64,000 bases of DNA, from NCBI GenBank assembly GCA_963758275.1, contig CAVWUW010000031.1, positions 183,745 through 247,744 on the forward strand, in the 5' to 3' direction. Below, piece after piece: positions 21,101-29,976 of the stretch; position 1 is the first letter of the stretch; every line of letters begins with the position of its first letter. The position numbers and the translations under genes were made by a program. Origin of the DNA: Terriglobia bacterium. GTDB taxonomy: Bacteria > Acidobacteriota > Terriglobia > Terriglobales > Acidobacteriaceae. The notes beneath the pieces were generated by a model, which saw only the letters and a program-made list of their open reading frames with translations, made no database searches and was not told the DNA's origin.

Positions 21101-24100
21101 GTAATGAATGGGAAGGATTGCTGGCTACAATCTGGGCCAATGTGTTAAGCCGTGACAGAGTGAGCGTTGATGACAACTTCTTTGCGCTGGGGGGGCATTC
21201 CCTTACAGCCATTCGCATTGCGTCAAAGGTGCAGGAGGCGTTTGGAATAGAGTTCCCGATTCGGTTGCTATTCGAAAAGCCAACTATTGCGGAGCTGTGC
21301 GAAGAAGTTCAGGCATGTGCACAGAGAGTTCCCACTGGGGGCTTCGCTGCTGTGTCACCACGGTCGCACGATAGCAGAGTTCCCATGTCCTTTGCGCAGC
21401 AAAGGCTTTGGTTCCTGGATCGCCTTGCTCCAGCTGAGCCTTTCTATAACCTGCCGGAAGCTTTACGACTTCGCGGAACTCTGGACCTTGCGGCTTTAGA
21501 CGCAGCTCTGGCGGAAGTATTGAGGCGGCATTCGGTCCTGCGCACAACGTTTGGCGTGGAAGAGGGCGAACTGGTGCAGGTCATATCGGATGGCGACACT
21601 CCCAGGCTTCAGGTCGTCGATTTGGCCGAACTCAAACCGGAGCAGCGGGACACAGAAGCAAAACGGCTAGCTGAACAGGAGGCAAGACGTCCATTCGACA
21701 TGGAACAAGGACCGTTGCTGCGTAGTGAGCTTCTCAAACTGGATAATGAAGATCATGTCCTCCTGCTGACTTTTCATCACATCGTCGCAGACGGTTGGTC
21801 CGTCAGCATTGTTGGGAAGGAACTTTCCGCGCTGTATGGGGCATTTCATCACGGAGCCCCAAGCCCTTTGGATGAGTTGCCGATCCAGTATGCCGACTTC
21901 GCAGTTTGGCAGCAGGAACGGTTCACAGGAGCCATGCTGGACCAGAAGCTGGATTATTGGAAAAAGCAACTTGCGGGTGCCTCTGGCGTGCTGGAAATAC
22001 AGACTGACCTGCCCCGGCCCGCGACCCAGAGCTTCCAGGGAGCCAGTTGCGAATTTTACCTTTCCGTGGAAACAGCGCGGCTGTTGAAGCGCCTGGGACT
22101 TCAAGAGTCGGCTACATCATTCATGATGCTGCTCGCTGCGTTCAACGTTCTGTTGTACCGGTACAGCGGACAGGCTGACATCCTGGTTGGGGCGCCTGTT
22201 TCCGGTCGAGATTACCCGGAACTCGAGAACCTGGTTGGCTTATTCGTGAACACGATTGTCCTGCGCACTGATCTCTCAGGCGAGCCGGGCTTTCGCGAGT
22301 TGTTAAGCAGGGTGCGCTCCACGACGATCGGTGCCTACTCCAATCAGGAAATACCTTTCGAAAAAGTAATCGAAGAGGTAAATCCCGCACGGGACCTCAG
22401 CCGGTCTCCACTGTTTCAGGTAATGTTCAGTTTCCAGCAGGGAGGCGCGCAAGCTGCGCGAGATTTCGGGAACCTCCAGATGAGCCCCTTCGGTGTTAAT
22501 GCTGGAACGTCAAAGTTTGATTTGGAACTTCTGATCACCGAAACCGATCAGGGTTTCGACGGCATTTTGGAATACAACACAGACTTGTTTCTGCCGGAGA
22601 CCATCGCAGCTATGGTCCGACATTTCCGGAACATCCTGGAACAGGTTGCACGCCATCCTGATTGTCCTGTCTCCCGCTTATGTCTTCTCGATGAGAAGGA
22701 ACGCCGGGAAATCACAGACCATTTTAGCGCCGGCCCAACTAGAGAGCTGCCGAAACTCTGTTTCCATCAGCTTTTTGAATCGCAGGCCGAAAAGACTCCT
22801 GATGATCCGGCGGTCATTGCGGAAGATGGTTCATTGACATACCGTGAGTTGAGCGCCAAGGCCAATTCGGCTGCCCATGCATTGCTGGAAAAAGGCCTGA
22901 CCCGTGAATCCATTGTCGCGGTGCTGTCTGATCGAGGATCAACCCTGCTTTGTTCCATGCTGGGAATCTGGAAGGCGGGGTGCGCCTACTTGCCCCTTGA
23001 TCCCCGGTATCCGGCCAGGCGGCTGGCGCAGATGCTGGAGCAAGCACGCGTGGAGACGGTGATTGTAAGTCCGGCATGGAAGGAAACATTGCTGCAGGCC
23101 ATCGCCGAAGCGCAAAGAAGGCTAAGCATAAACGTTCTCGACAGCGAGATATTGCTGGCTGACGCGGCAAGAGACAATCCTGTTCTGGATTGTGTTCCCG
23201 AAGACCTCGCCTACGTGATCTTTACCTCGGGATCAACGGGCATGCCCAAGGGCGCTATGGTTGAACACAAGGGTATGTTGAATCACTTGTTCGCCAAGGT
23301 GGAAGACCTAAACTTGAGGGCAAAAGATGTAGTGGCGCAGACAGCGTCACAGTGCTTTGACATATCTATCTGGCAATTCCTGTCGGCGTTGATGGTTGGC
23401 GGACGGACTTGCGTTTGGCCTGATGCAATCGCATACAATCCGGCACGCTTGCTGGAAGAGCTCGAAAAAGCGGAAGTTTCGATCCTTGAAGTGGTGCCTT
23501 CACTCTTGCGGCTCATATTGGATGAGGTCGACCGTGCGCCGCAGCAGTACTCGTTGCGCTTATTGCGATGGCTGATACCAACGGGCGAAGCCTTGCCGGC
23601 GGAATTGGTTCGCAGGTGGCTCGAACACTATCCTGCTATTCCTATGGTGAATGCTTACGGTCCCACGGAATGCTCTGACGATGTGACGCATTGCCCCATC
23701 TATGCTGGCCCGCCCATGCATGCGACCTCCGTTCCCATCGGGAGGCCTGTCCGCAACATGTCTCTCCATGTTTTGGACGCCCACATGCAGCTTCTGCCGG
23801 TGGGCGTGCCCGGAGAACTATTTATCAGCGGAGCTGGTGTAGGACGAGGTTATATACACAATCCTGAAACAACGGTCCTGGCGTTTTGTCCCAATCCAAT
23901 TTCTGCCGATGCAAATCAGGTGCTCTATCGTACGGGGGACCGGGTCCGGTTTTTGCGCGATGGCAAACTGGATTTTCTTGGACGAGTAGATCACCAGGTA
24001 AAAGTGCGCGGGTTCAGAATCGAATTGGGAGAGACAGAATTCAGGCTGAGGAAGCATCCGGGTGTGCGAGATTGTGCCGTGGTTGACACAAAAGACGCCG

Positions 24101-25398
24101 AGAACAACACCCAACTTGTTGCTTATGTAGTGTTGGACGAACAGTCGCCCCCTTCGGTCGAAGAACTGCGCAAGTTCCTGAAGCTCAGTGTTCCCGAATA
24201 CATGGTTCCTTCTCTGATCCTGGTTTTAAAGGCGTTGCCTCTGACTGCTTCCGGCAAACTGGACCGCAAGGCGCTGCCGAAACCGGATCTCGACATGGTT
24301 GCCCGATCGCCATTTGCCGCGCCCCAAACCCAGATTGAGCGGCGCCTCGCGCGCATCTGGGAAAGCGTGCTACACATCAGTTCAAGTGGCATTCATGACA
24401 ACTTTTTCAACCTTGGCGGCCATTCCATACTGGCTTTGCGCCTTATGGGAGAAATTCAGAATAGATTTGGACGCAAACTGCCGCTCACTACATTGTTTCA
24501 GCACGGAACCATCAAAGAACTGGCAGCCATACTGGAAGATACGTTCTCGCAAGCGCCCTCTTCACCATTGATTACAATGCAGTCTTCGGGCACTAACCCT
24601 CCCATCTTCTTTGTTCACGTCGGCAGCGGAGAAGTGATGTGCTATCTCGACCTGGTTCGTCACCTTGGCAGGAACCAGCCATTCTACGGATTGCAGGATC
24701 CGAATCTGTACTCAGACTCCGTAGTAGAGATGTCGCTTGAAAAAAGGGCTGCTCTGTACCTGGACGCCGTACGTTCAGAACAGCCTCGAGGCCCGTATTT
24801 CCTGGGCGGCTGGTCGTTTGGCGGCCTGACTGCCTTTGAAATGGCCAGGCAGCTTCGCGCGCGCGGAGAAACGGTGGGGCTGCTGGCGCTGCTTGACACA
24901 GGTTCGCCTGATTTCCTACGCCAAAAGAGTGATCCTGACGATGACGCCGCCCTGCTCGGTATTATCGCCAGGGAGCTTAATGTGCGGGTTCGCGATGCAG
25001 ATCTGCGCCGGCTAAGCCTTGAGGAAAAATTCCAGTTTGTGGCTGAGCGGATGAAAGACGTGGGCCTTCACTGGGTGGATTCCGAAAGCTTCCTGGCCCG
25101 CCAACTGGCCATTTTCAAATCAAGAAACCGGGTAATTAACCAATATTATCCATCGCCTTACGATGGGACGATTACTTTCTTTCGCGCCAGCCGGGAGTAC
25201 GTTGAGGATCCGTCTGGACCCGAGATTACCCGCGATCCCACCAGGGGTTTCGAAGCACTAACAACGCAGCCGATTGATCTGCATATCATTCCTGGAAATC
25301 ACCACCAGATAGCCCACGAACCGGGTGTGCAAGCGCTTGCCGCGGCGTTATCCGGATCTATGGACAAAGCGTTGCGGGCGTTTGACCTGCAACAGTAA
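18178..25398 (+). CDS. NRPS termination protein: C(DCL-like)-A-T-C(LCL-like)-A(Dab/Dap-like)-T-TE
   Basis: The GTG start overlaps the stop of the preceding gene (GTGAATAA). C motifs are HHIILDGWS (18607) and HHIVADGWS (21775). A cores are AYVIYTSGSTGLPKG and AYVIFTSGSTGMPKG. Carrier motifs are FFALGGHSL (Ser 21199) and FFNLGGHSI (Ser 24424). The TE shows GGWSFGG (Ser 24814-24816). Confidence 0.95.
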   Translation: MNNLWNVEGVYPLVPLQRGLLFNSLYSPGSGVYGQQLRMTISGPLDPAIMRKAWEKIIERHSSLRTSFIWERQEEPVQAVRRRVKLPWQELDWRPFSGTEQREKLEAFLRADREKGFDFTRGPLLRITLIRTGDQAYELTATSHHIILDGWSNFIVVKELISLVRSLHEDKENDGLAGRPPAYRDYIRWVQQQNPALAESFWRKSLQGITEPTLIPGMQPGHVHGDATRQRSCELRLEPQVRERLQEFATTCGITLTTVLAGAWALLLGCCNNREDIIFGLTVHGRPLSLPGVQEMVGLFINTLPFRTAVNPESNLSDWLQDFQFHLLELQEHAYSDLVKVHQWSDIGPGRPLFESIFVFDNYPKERAASADTNKFLFQNVHSIDTGSFPLAIIAAADEDLCLGMTYDSARIDELYAKRLLYRYGAVLERIQKSPVQKLWEITALSHAESAQLAGENNKTHRDFGRPICLHQMFERQSAASPEAIALTLGEQQWTYRDVNERANRLALHLRRNGVRPEHRVGVHLESSADTVLAILAVLKAGGAYVPLDAGYPQEILNHMVSDAGVQIVITEKKLSANLPSGVAGLVELGTEENEIDVESGDNSSADVSPANLAYVIYTSGSTGLPKGVAVTHRNAFSVIQWFIHAFSVSSSDRMLLGVSTSFDPSVAQIFSALCSGAELVCMKPAPHDAPYILSIIEKKQVTVMDFPPSVLSLLLSDAKPEQFRSVRRVLAGGEPTPSNLLSRLFSKLPVPFSNLYGPTETCINASCWTCTADSFAPPVSIGRTIANAKIGLLDRCLQPVPVGVQGEIFIGGDGVSRGYLNRPELTAEKFIPDPYCSTRGGRLYRTGDLARYLDDGNIEFLGRVDSQVKIRGVRIELGQVEAAAREHSAVREAAIVVRENRDNEPLLAAYVSTRQPLLDRELKAFLKTRLAQPMVPSIIMFLDQLPRLPNGKVNQKLLPAIDLESGGKTQRAPRNEWEGLLATIWANVLSRDRVSVDDNFFALGGHSLTAIRIASKVQEAFGIEFPIRLLFEKPTIAELCEEVQACAQRVPTGGFAAVSPRSHDSRVPMSFAQQRLWFLDRLAPAEPFYNLPEALRLRGTLDLAALDAALAEVLRRHSVLRTTFGVEEGELVQVISDGDTPRLQVVDLAELKPEQRDTEAKRLAEQEARRPFDMEQGPLLRSELLKLDNEDHVLLLTFHHIVADGWSVSIVGKELSALYGAFHHGAPSPLDELPIQYADFAVWQQERFTGAMLDQKLDYWKKQLAGASGVLEIQTDLPRPATQSFQGASCEFYLSVETARLLKRLGLQESATSFMMLLAAFNVLLYRYSGQADILVGAPVSGRDYPELENLVGLFVNTIVLRTDLSGEPGFRELLSRVRSTTIGAYSNQEIPFEKVIEEVNPARDLSRSPLFQVMFSFQQGGAQAARDFGNLQMSPFGVNAGTSKFDLELLITETDQGFDGILEYNTDLFLPETIAAMVRHFRNILEQVARHPDCPVSRLCLLDEKERREITDHFSAGPTRELPKLCFHQLFESQAEKTPDDPAVIAEDGSLTYRELSAKANSAAHALLEKGLTRESIVAVLSDRGSTLLCSMLGIWKAGCAYLPLDPRYPARRLAQMLEQARVETVIVSPAWKETLLQAIAEAQRRLSINVLDSEILLADAARDNPVLDCVPEDLAYVIFTSGSTGMPKGAMVEHKGMLNHLFAKVEDLNLRAKDVVAQTASQCFDISIWQFLSALMVGGRTCVWPDAIAYNPARLLEELEKAEVSILEVVPSLLRLILDEVDRAPQQYSLRLLRWLIPTGEALPAELVRRWLEHYPAIPMVNAYGPTECSDDVTHCPIYAGPPMHATSVPIGRPVRNMSLHVLDAHMQLLPVGVPGELFISGAGVGRGYIHNPETTVLAFCPNPISADANQVLYRTGDRVRFLRDGKLDFLGRVDHQVKVRGFRIELGETEFRLRKHPGVRDCAVVDTKDAENNTQLVAYVVLDEQSPPSVEELRKFLKLSVPEYMVPSLILVLKALPLTASGKLDRKALPKPDLDMVARSPFAAPQTQIERRLARIWESVLHISSSGIHDNFFNLGGHSILALRLMGEIQNRFGRKLPLTTLFQHGTIKELAAILEDTFSQAPSSPLITMQSSGTNPPIFFVHVGSGEVMCYLDLVRHLGRNQPFYGLQDPNLYSDSVVEMSLEKRAALYLDAVRSEQPRGPYFLGGWSFGGLTAFEMARQLRARGETVGLLALLDTGSPDFLRQKSDPDDDAALLGIIARELNVRVRDADLRRLSLEEKFQFVAERMKDVGLHWVDSESFLARQLAIFKSRNRVINQYYPSPYDGTITFFRASREYVEDPSGPEITRDPTRGFEALTTQPIDLHIIPGNHHQIAHEPGVQALAAALSGSMDKALRAFDLQQ
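24590..25395 (+). other. Type I thioesterase domain (chain release or cyclisation)
   Basis: Shows PIFFVHVGSGEV, GWSFGG (a GxSxG motif) and a C-terminal GNHHQI region. Confidence 0.85.
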
Positions 25399-25430
25399 AT
25401 ACAATTGCGCAACGCCGAGATGTCCACCTC

Positions 25431-26804
25431 ATGAGTCAACCAGTTCAAGACGTTGTCGCCGGCCAGAATTTTGCCGGAGCCGAAAACCGCCGCAAAGGAT
25501 TGACTACCTTTTTAACGGTTTGGCTCGGGCAGACCGTCTCGATTATAGGATCGGGACTTACCGGTTTTGCACTGGGAGTTTGGGTGTACCAGCGGACAGG
25601 CTCGGCCACGAAGTTCTCTCTGATTGTGCTTTGCACTGTAACTCCCGGAATTTTTCTGGCGCCTTTTCTAGGCGTGATCGTCGACCGCTACAGCCGGCGC
25701 TGGATTATGATCCTCAGCAACATAACTGCGGCCATCAGTACGGTTGTGATGGCGGCGCTTTATCTACAGGGTAACCTGCAGCTATGGCACATCTGCGCGC
25801 TGATGGTGCTTATTTCCATCAGCAGCAGTCTGCTTAGTCCCTCATATACGGCCAGTATCTCTTCCATTGTTTCCAAAGACTTTTTAGGGCGTGCATCGGG
25901 GATGGTCCAGTTCGGGGCCGCGGCTTCTGACATGATTGCTCCACTCCTGGCCGGATCTCTCATCGTTGCGATTCATGTTCATGGCATCCTGATCATCGAT
26001 TTTGCGACTTATCTGTTCGCTGTGTTGACGTTGATAGTGGTCAGTTTTCCTGAGCCGCCACGCAAGAGTTCGTCATCGGACCTAAAGATGTCAATGCTGT
26101 CCGAGGTATCCGTGGGAATGCGTTATCTGAGGGCGCGGCCCGGACTGCTGGCGCTGATTGGTTTCTTTACCATGACCAATTTTGTCCTCGCAATGGACAA
26201 TATTCTGATACCGCCCATGGTGATTAGCCTGGGCGGCGCCACGGTTTACGGAATAGTGGCCGGAGTCGGCGGAACAGGGATGCTTCTTGGCAGCGTGACG
26301 ATGAGTATTTGGGGGGGGCCGAAAGAACGCATTCGGGGCGTTTTTCTGTACGGCTTGGTATTGGGCTCCGCTTTAATCCTGGAGGGTCTGCGTCCTAACT
26401 CCTGGCTCATAGCAGCAGCAGCATTCATTGCCGCGTTGGTGGTGCCCCTCGCCAACGGCTGCGCTATTCCTATCCTGCAATCCAAAACGGAACCGGCGCT
26501 GCAAGGAAGAGTATTCACGACCATGCGTTTTCTCGTAGGCTGCTCGGTGCCCTTTTCGTACGTGCTGGCGGGAAGATTAACTGACAAAGTTTTTGAACCC
26601 TTGATGGCGCCCAATGGAGGATTGAGCAACAGTTTGGGAAGAGTTCTGGGGGTAGGGTCTGGAAGAGGAGCCGCTTTGCTGCTGCTGATTTTAGGGACGC
26701 TCACTCTCCTCCTCACTCTCAGATTCTTGTCTTATCAGCCACTGCTGAGAGTTGAATCTGAAATTCCGGATGCCATTGGCTTAGAACCGGCTACATTTCA
26801 ATAA
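25431..26804 (+). CDS. MFS transporter (EntS-like exporter type common in NRPS clusters)
   Basis: 457 aa with about 12 hydrophobic segments. The N-terminus TVWLGQTVSIIGSGLTGFALGVWVYQRTGSA ... VDRYSRR is typical of this MFS subgroup. It lies 32 bp after the TE-containing NRPS gene. Confidence 0.85.
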   Translation: MSQPVQDVVAGQNFAGAENRRKGLTTFLTVWLGQTVSIIGSGLTGFALGVWVYQRTGSATKFSLIVLCTVTPGIFLAPFLGVIVDRYSRRWIMILSNITAAISTVVMAALYLQGNLQLWHICALMVLISISSSLLSPSYTASISSIVSKDFLGRASGMVQFGAAASDMIAPLLAGSLIVAIHVHGILIIDFATYLFAVLTLIVVSFPEPPRKSSSSDLKMSMLSEVSVGMRYLRARPGLLALIGFFTMTNFVLAMDNILIPPMVISLGGATVYGIVAGVGGTGMLLGSVTMSIWGGPKERIRGVFLYGLVLGSALILEGLRPNSWLIAAAAFIAALVVPLANGCAIPILQSKTEPALQGRVFTTMRFLVGCSVPFSYVLAGRLTDKVFEPLMAPNGGLSNSLGRVLGVGSGRGAALLLLILGTLTLLLTLRFLSYQPLLRVESEIPDAIGLEPATFQ

Positions 26805-26822
26805 ACGATCCAGGAGGATACA

Positions 26823-27056
26823 ATGCACGACGAACAGGAAGATAAAACTATTTATAAGGTAGTTGTAAACCACGAAGAACAGTATTCCATCTGGCCGGCG
26901 CACCGCGAGAACGCGCTCGGATGGAGAGATGAAGGAAAAGTGGGCCCGAAAGCCGAATGTCTCGCTCATATCAAAGAGATATGGACTGACATGAGACCGC
27001 TCAGTCTGCGCAAGACCATGGATAACGCGCGTCCCGTGGGAACTGGAAACTCATAA
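26823..27056 (+). CDS. MbtH-like protein
   Basis: 77 aa with the signature [26 protein letters not shown]...[15 protein letters not shown]. An AGGAGG SD precedes the start. Confidence 0.95.
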   Translation: MHDEQEDKTIYKVVVNHEEQYSIWPAHRENALGWRDEGKVGPKAECLAHIKEIWTDMRPLSLRKTMDNARPVGTGNS

Positions 27057-27070
27057 GAGGTCAAATCTGT

Positions 27071-27850
27071 ATGCCGGCTGTAACTACTTCTTTGCAAGCG
27101 GGCAAACGGACTTGGGTGAAAATTCCCCGGCATGCTAGTTCTTCCAAGGTACGCTTGTTTTGCTTCCCTTATGCCGGAGGACGCTCCCAGGTCTTTCGCG
27201 AGTGGGTAAACGCGTTTTCAACTGGCATTGAGGTTTGCCCGGTGCATCTTCCCGGCGAAAACATTAGGGAACCCTGCCTTACCGCGGTTGACGAGCTGGT
27301 TCCCATGTTGGCTGAGGGGTTAAGGGCTTACTTTGACAAGCCTTTCGCGTTCTTCGGCCACAGCATGGGCGCCATCATTGCCTTCGAACTTCTGCGCTTT
27401 ATGCAACGGAACCATGGACCCAGGGCTGCGCATTTGTTTGTCTCTGCACGGAGCGCTCCCGGCGTGCCGAACACGAACAAGCCTCTTCATGATCTGCCAG
27501 AACCGGAGTTGATCGCCGAATTGAAACTGTTGAATGGCACTCCGCGCGAAATTCTGGACAATGCAGACGTCCTTGACCTTTTGCTGCCAAGGATCCGTGC
27601 AGACTTCCAGTTGAATGAGACTTACTCCTATCTACCTGGTGAAGTCCTTGACTGTGGGATCACCGCTTATTGCGGAACTGAAGACTCGCATGTGCTTCCC
27701 GAAGAGATGCTTACATGGCGCAATCAGACGAGCGACGCCTTCACTTTGAATCTCCTGCCGGGTGATCATTTCTTTCTGCAAACGCAGCAGGCTGAGCTTC
27801 TGGCAAGCATCTCAGGCTCGCTGGCAATGGATCTGGCGCGGGCAGAATAA
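27071..27850 (+). CDS. Type II (editing) thioesterase
   Basis: Shows FCFPYAGG, GHSMGA (a GxSxG motif) and C-terminal PGDHFF, at about 260 aa. Confidence 0.9.
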   Translation: MPAVTTSLQAGKRTWVKIPRHASSSKVRLFCFPYAGGRSQVFREWVNAFSTGIEVCPVHLPGENIREPCLTAVDELVPMLAEGLRAYFDKPFAFFGHSMGAIIAFELLRFMQRNHGPRAAHLFVSARSAPGVPNTNKPLHDLPEPELIAELKLLNGTPREILDNADVLDLLLPRIRADFQLNETYSYLPGEVLDCGITAYCGTEDSHVLPEEMLTWRNQTSDAFTLNLLPGDHFFLQTQQAELLASISGSLAMDLARAE

Positions 27851-27930
27851 GCTCGGCTGCAGCAGGCAAATCAGTCCTTCTCACACATTCAGGAAAGGCC
27901 ATTGCCGTCTTGCTGCCGATTAGACTAATC

Positions 27931-28926
27931 ATGTACGAAAATATTATCGATACCATTGGAAATACTCCGCTAGTACGGCTGAACCGCATTATTCCTGAAA
28001 ACAAATTTCGCCTTTTTGCGAAGTTTGAAGCGGCCAATCCCGGCGGCAGCCTTAAGGACCGGCCGGCCGCTTACATCATCCGGGAAGCGCTCAAAGCAGG
28101 CATTATCAGTCCGAACAGCACAATCATTGAATCCAGTTCGGGGAACATGGGTATCGGCCTTGCGCAGGTTTGCGCTTACCACAAACTTAAGTTTATTTGT
28201 GTCATTGATTCCAAAACCACGCTGCAGAATCGTGCCGTTCTGAAAGCCTATGGAGCTGAAATTGATCTCGTCGCCAATCCCGATCCTACTACCGGCGAGT
28301 TCCTGCCTAGTCGCCTGAAGAGAGTCGCTGAGCTGCTGCAAATCATTCCAGAGAGCTTTTGGCCAGACCAGTACTCGAACTTGAGTAATGCGAGGGCGCA
28401 CTATCGCACGATGGATGAAATCGCGACAGCGCTGGAGGCCCGAATCGATCATATTTTCTGCGCCACCAGCACATGCGGAACACTGCGGGGTTGCAGCACC
28501 TTTATCCGCGAGCAGGGGCTCGCCACCCGCATCTGGGCGGTAGATGCAGTAGGCAGCGTATTGTTTGGCGGCCCCTCTGCGCGCAGGCTCATTCCGGGAC
28601 ATGGAGCCTCTGTGGTTCCCCGCTTGTACCACCCCGGCTGTGAAGACCGGCATGTTCATGTAACCGATCTCGACTGCGTTCTGGGTTGCCGCCGCCTAGT
28701 GGCCAGAGAAGCGATCCTGGCTGGCGGGTCTTCAGGCGCAATCGTGGCCGCCATTGACAAGGTGCAGAGCCAATTGAAAGACAACTGCACATGCGTTGCA
28801 ATTCTGCCCGATCGCGGTGAGCGCTACCTGGACACAATTTATTCTGATGAATGGGTCGAACAACATTTTGGCGATGTTCTTAAGCAAGGATCAAAGGAGC
28901 CATCATGGGCGTCAATGACATACTGA
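27931..28926 (+). CDS. sbnA: SbnA-type PLP enzyme (N-(2-amino-2-carboxyethyl)-L-glutamate synthase; first step to L-2,3-diaminopropionate)
   Basis: The start MYENIIDTIGNTPLVRL is followed by NPGGSLKDRPA and SSGNMG. The C-terminal ILPDRGERYLDTIYSDEWV closely parallels my recollection of S. aureus SbnA (ILPDRGDRYLDLVYSDTWL). The ORF-track start at 27910 is probably too early. Confidence 0.88.
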   Translation: MYENIIDTIGNTPLVRLNRIIPENKFRLFAKFEAANPGGSLKDRPAAYIIREALKAGIISPNSTIIESSSGNMGIGLAQVCAYHKLKFICVIDSKTTLQNRAVLKAYGAEIDLVANPDPTTGEFLPSRLKRVAELLQIIPESFWPDQYSNLSNARAHYRTMDEIATALEARIDHIFCATSTCGTLRGCSTFIREQGLATRIWAVDAVGSVLFGGPSARRLIPGHGASVVPRLYHPGCEDRHVHVTDLDCVLGCRRLVAREAILAGGSSGAIVAAIDKVQSQLKDNCTCVAILPDRGERYLDTIYSDEWVEQHFGDVLKQGSKEPSWASMTY

Positions 28927-29969
28927 TTCTGAGATCGGCCGAGATTCAGGAGATCCTGCGCGGGCGCGAACGCGAGGTCATCGAAGAGGTAAGGCTTGCG
29001 TATCTGGCCCACGGGGCTCGTCAGACCTTTCTTCCTCATTCCTCGTTTCTGACGTTCCCTGGCCAGCCTGCAGACCGCATTATCGCGCTACCAGCCTATC
29101 TTGGAGGGAACCCGCCAGCCAGCGGCTTGAAATGGATATCCTCATTCCCGGCCAATACCTCAAAGGGGATGGATCGCGCTTCGGCCGTGCTCGTTCTTAA
29201 TTCCTTGGTTACCGGCAGGGCTGAGGCGATCATGGAGGGATCTGGAATAAGCGCGCAACGAACTGCCGCGAGCGCGGCCCTTGCGGCGCAAGCTTTGCAC
29301 TCAAGACCAGCACCTGACTCCATGGGACTGGTAGGCTGCGGGTTGATCAATTATGAAATTGCTCGTTTTACCAAGCTGGTGTTCCCAGGTCTGAAAAAGA
29401 TGGCGCTGCTTGATCGCGTTCCGGGAAAAGCTGAGTCGGCGGCCGTTTTGTACGAAACCATGTTTCCAGAGGTGACTGTAATCGATCGCATGGATCTCCT
29501 GTTTAAGAGCTGTGAAATCATCGCATTCGCAACTACGGCGGCCACCCCTCACGTTACGGGCCTCGTCGCACGTCGATCCGGATGTACCATCCTCAACGTT
29601 TCTCTTCGGGATTTGTCTCCTGAGATAATTCTGGCCGCAGACAATGTCGTGGATGACCCGGATCACGTCTGCAGGGCATCAACCTCACTGCATTTGGCCG
29701 AGCAAAAGACCGGTAACCGGGCATTCATCCGTTGCTCTTTGAGCGACATTCTGGACGGAACGCAGCCCGCGCGTGGCGGCGAGGAGCAAACTTTGATTTT
29801 CAGTCCCTTCGGCCTTGGCATTCTGGATCTTGCAGTGGCTCGTCTGGTGATGCGCGTGGCACGCGAGAAGCAACAGGGCATTCGTATCACTGATTTTCAT
29901 CCCCACCCGCAGAAGGAGGCGAATAGCCACGGGCTTTCCGAAGCAGCCCGCCATGAAACGTCAGTATGA
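28905..29969 (+). CDS. sbnB: SbnB-type NAD-dependent dehydrogenase (ornithine cyclodeaminase/mu-crystallin fold; second step to L-Dap)
   Basis: An AGGAG SD precedes the start, which overlaps the end of sbnA. ADRIIALPAYLGG, SGLKWISS, DRASAVLVLNS and GCGLI parallel the SbnB motifs ADRIIAMPSHIGG, SGIKWIGS and ERASGVIILND. Confidence 0.85.
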   Translation: MGVNDILILRSAEIQEILRGREREVIEEVRLAYLAHGARQTFLPHSSFLTFPGQPADRIIALPAYLGGNPPASGLKWISSFPANTSKGMDRASAVLVLNSLVTGRAEAIMEGSGISAQRTAASAALAAQALHSRPAPDSMGLVGCGLINYEIARFTKLVFPGLKKMALLDRVPGKAESAAVLYETMFPEVTVIDRMDLLFKSCEIIAFATTAATPHVTGLVARRSGCTILNVSLRDLSPEIILAADNVVDDPDHVCRASTSLHLAEQKTGNRAFIRCSLSDILDGTQPARGGEEQTLIFSPFGLGILDLAVARLVMRVAREKQQGIRITDFHPHPQKEANSHGLSEAARHETSV

Positions 29970-29976
29970 GGGGATC

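Noticed and set aside
731-25398. Dozens of 60-190-aa ORFs on the minus strand or in alternative plus frames inside the NRPS/PKS genes (for example 4341-4883, 6423-6971, 11585-12214, 18631-19155, 20518-21090).
   Set aside because: They lie entirely within long ORFs whose translations carry dense, ordered NRPS/PKS core motifs. Their own translations are Arg/Pro/Ser-rich with no recognisable motifs. These are shadow ORFs typical of moderately GC-rich coding DNA.
27970-28659. 229-aa minus-strand ORF opposite sbnA. Similar long antisense ORFs occur opposite the GNAT gene (39187-39810), the OPT transporter (45525-46205), yggS (46456-47115), the M24 peptidase (49984-50697), the LolA-like gene (52754-53539), the proline dehydrogenase gene (57953-58546), GT2 (59553-60119) and the MFS gene (60193-60873).
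   Set aside because: In each case the opposite strand encodes a protein with clear family motifs, and the antisense product has none. These are treated as non-coding.
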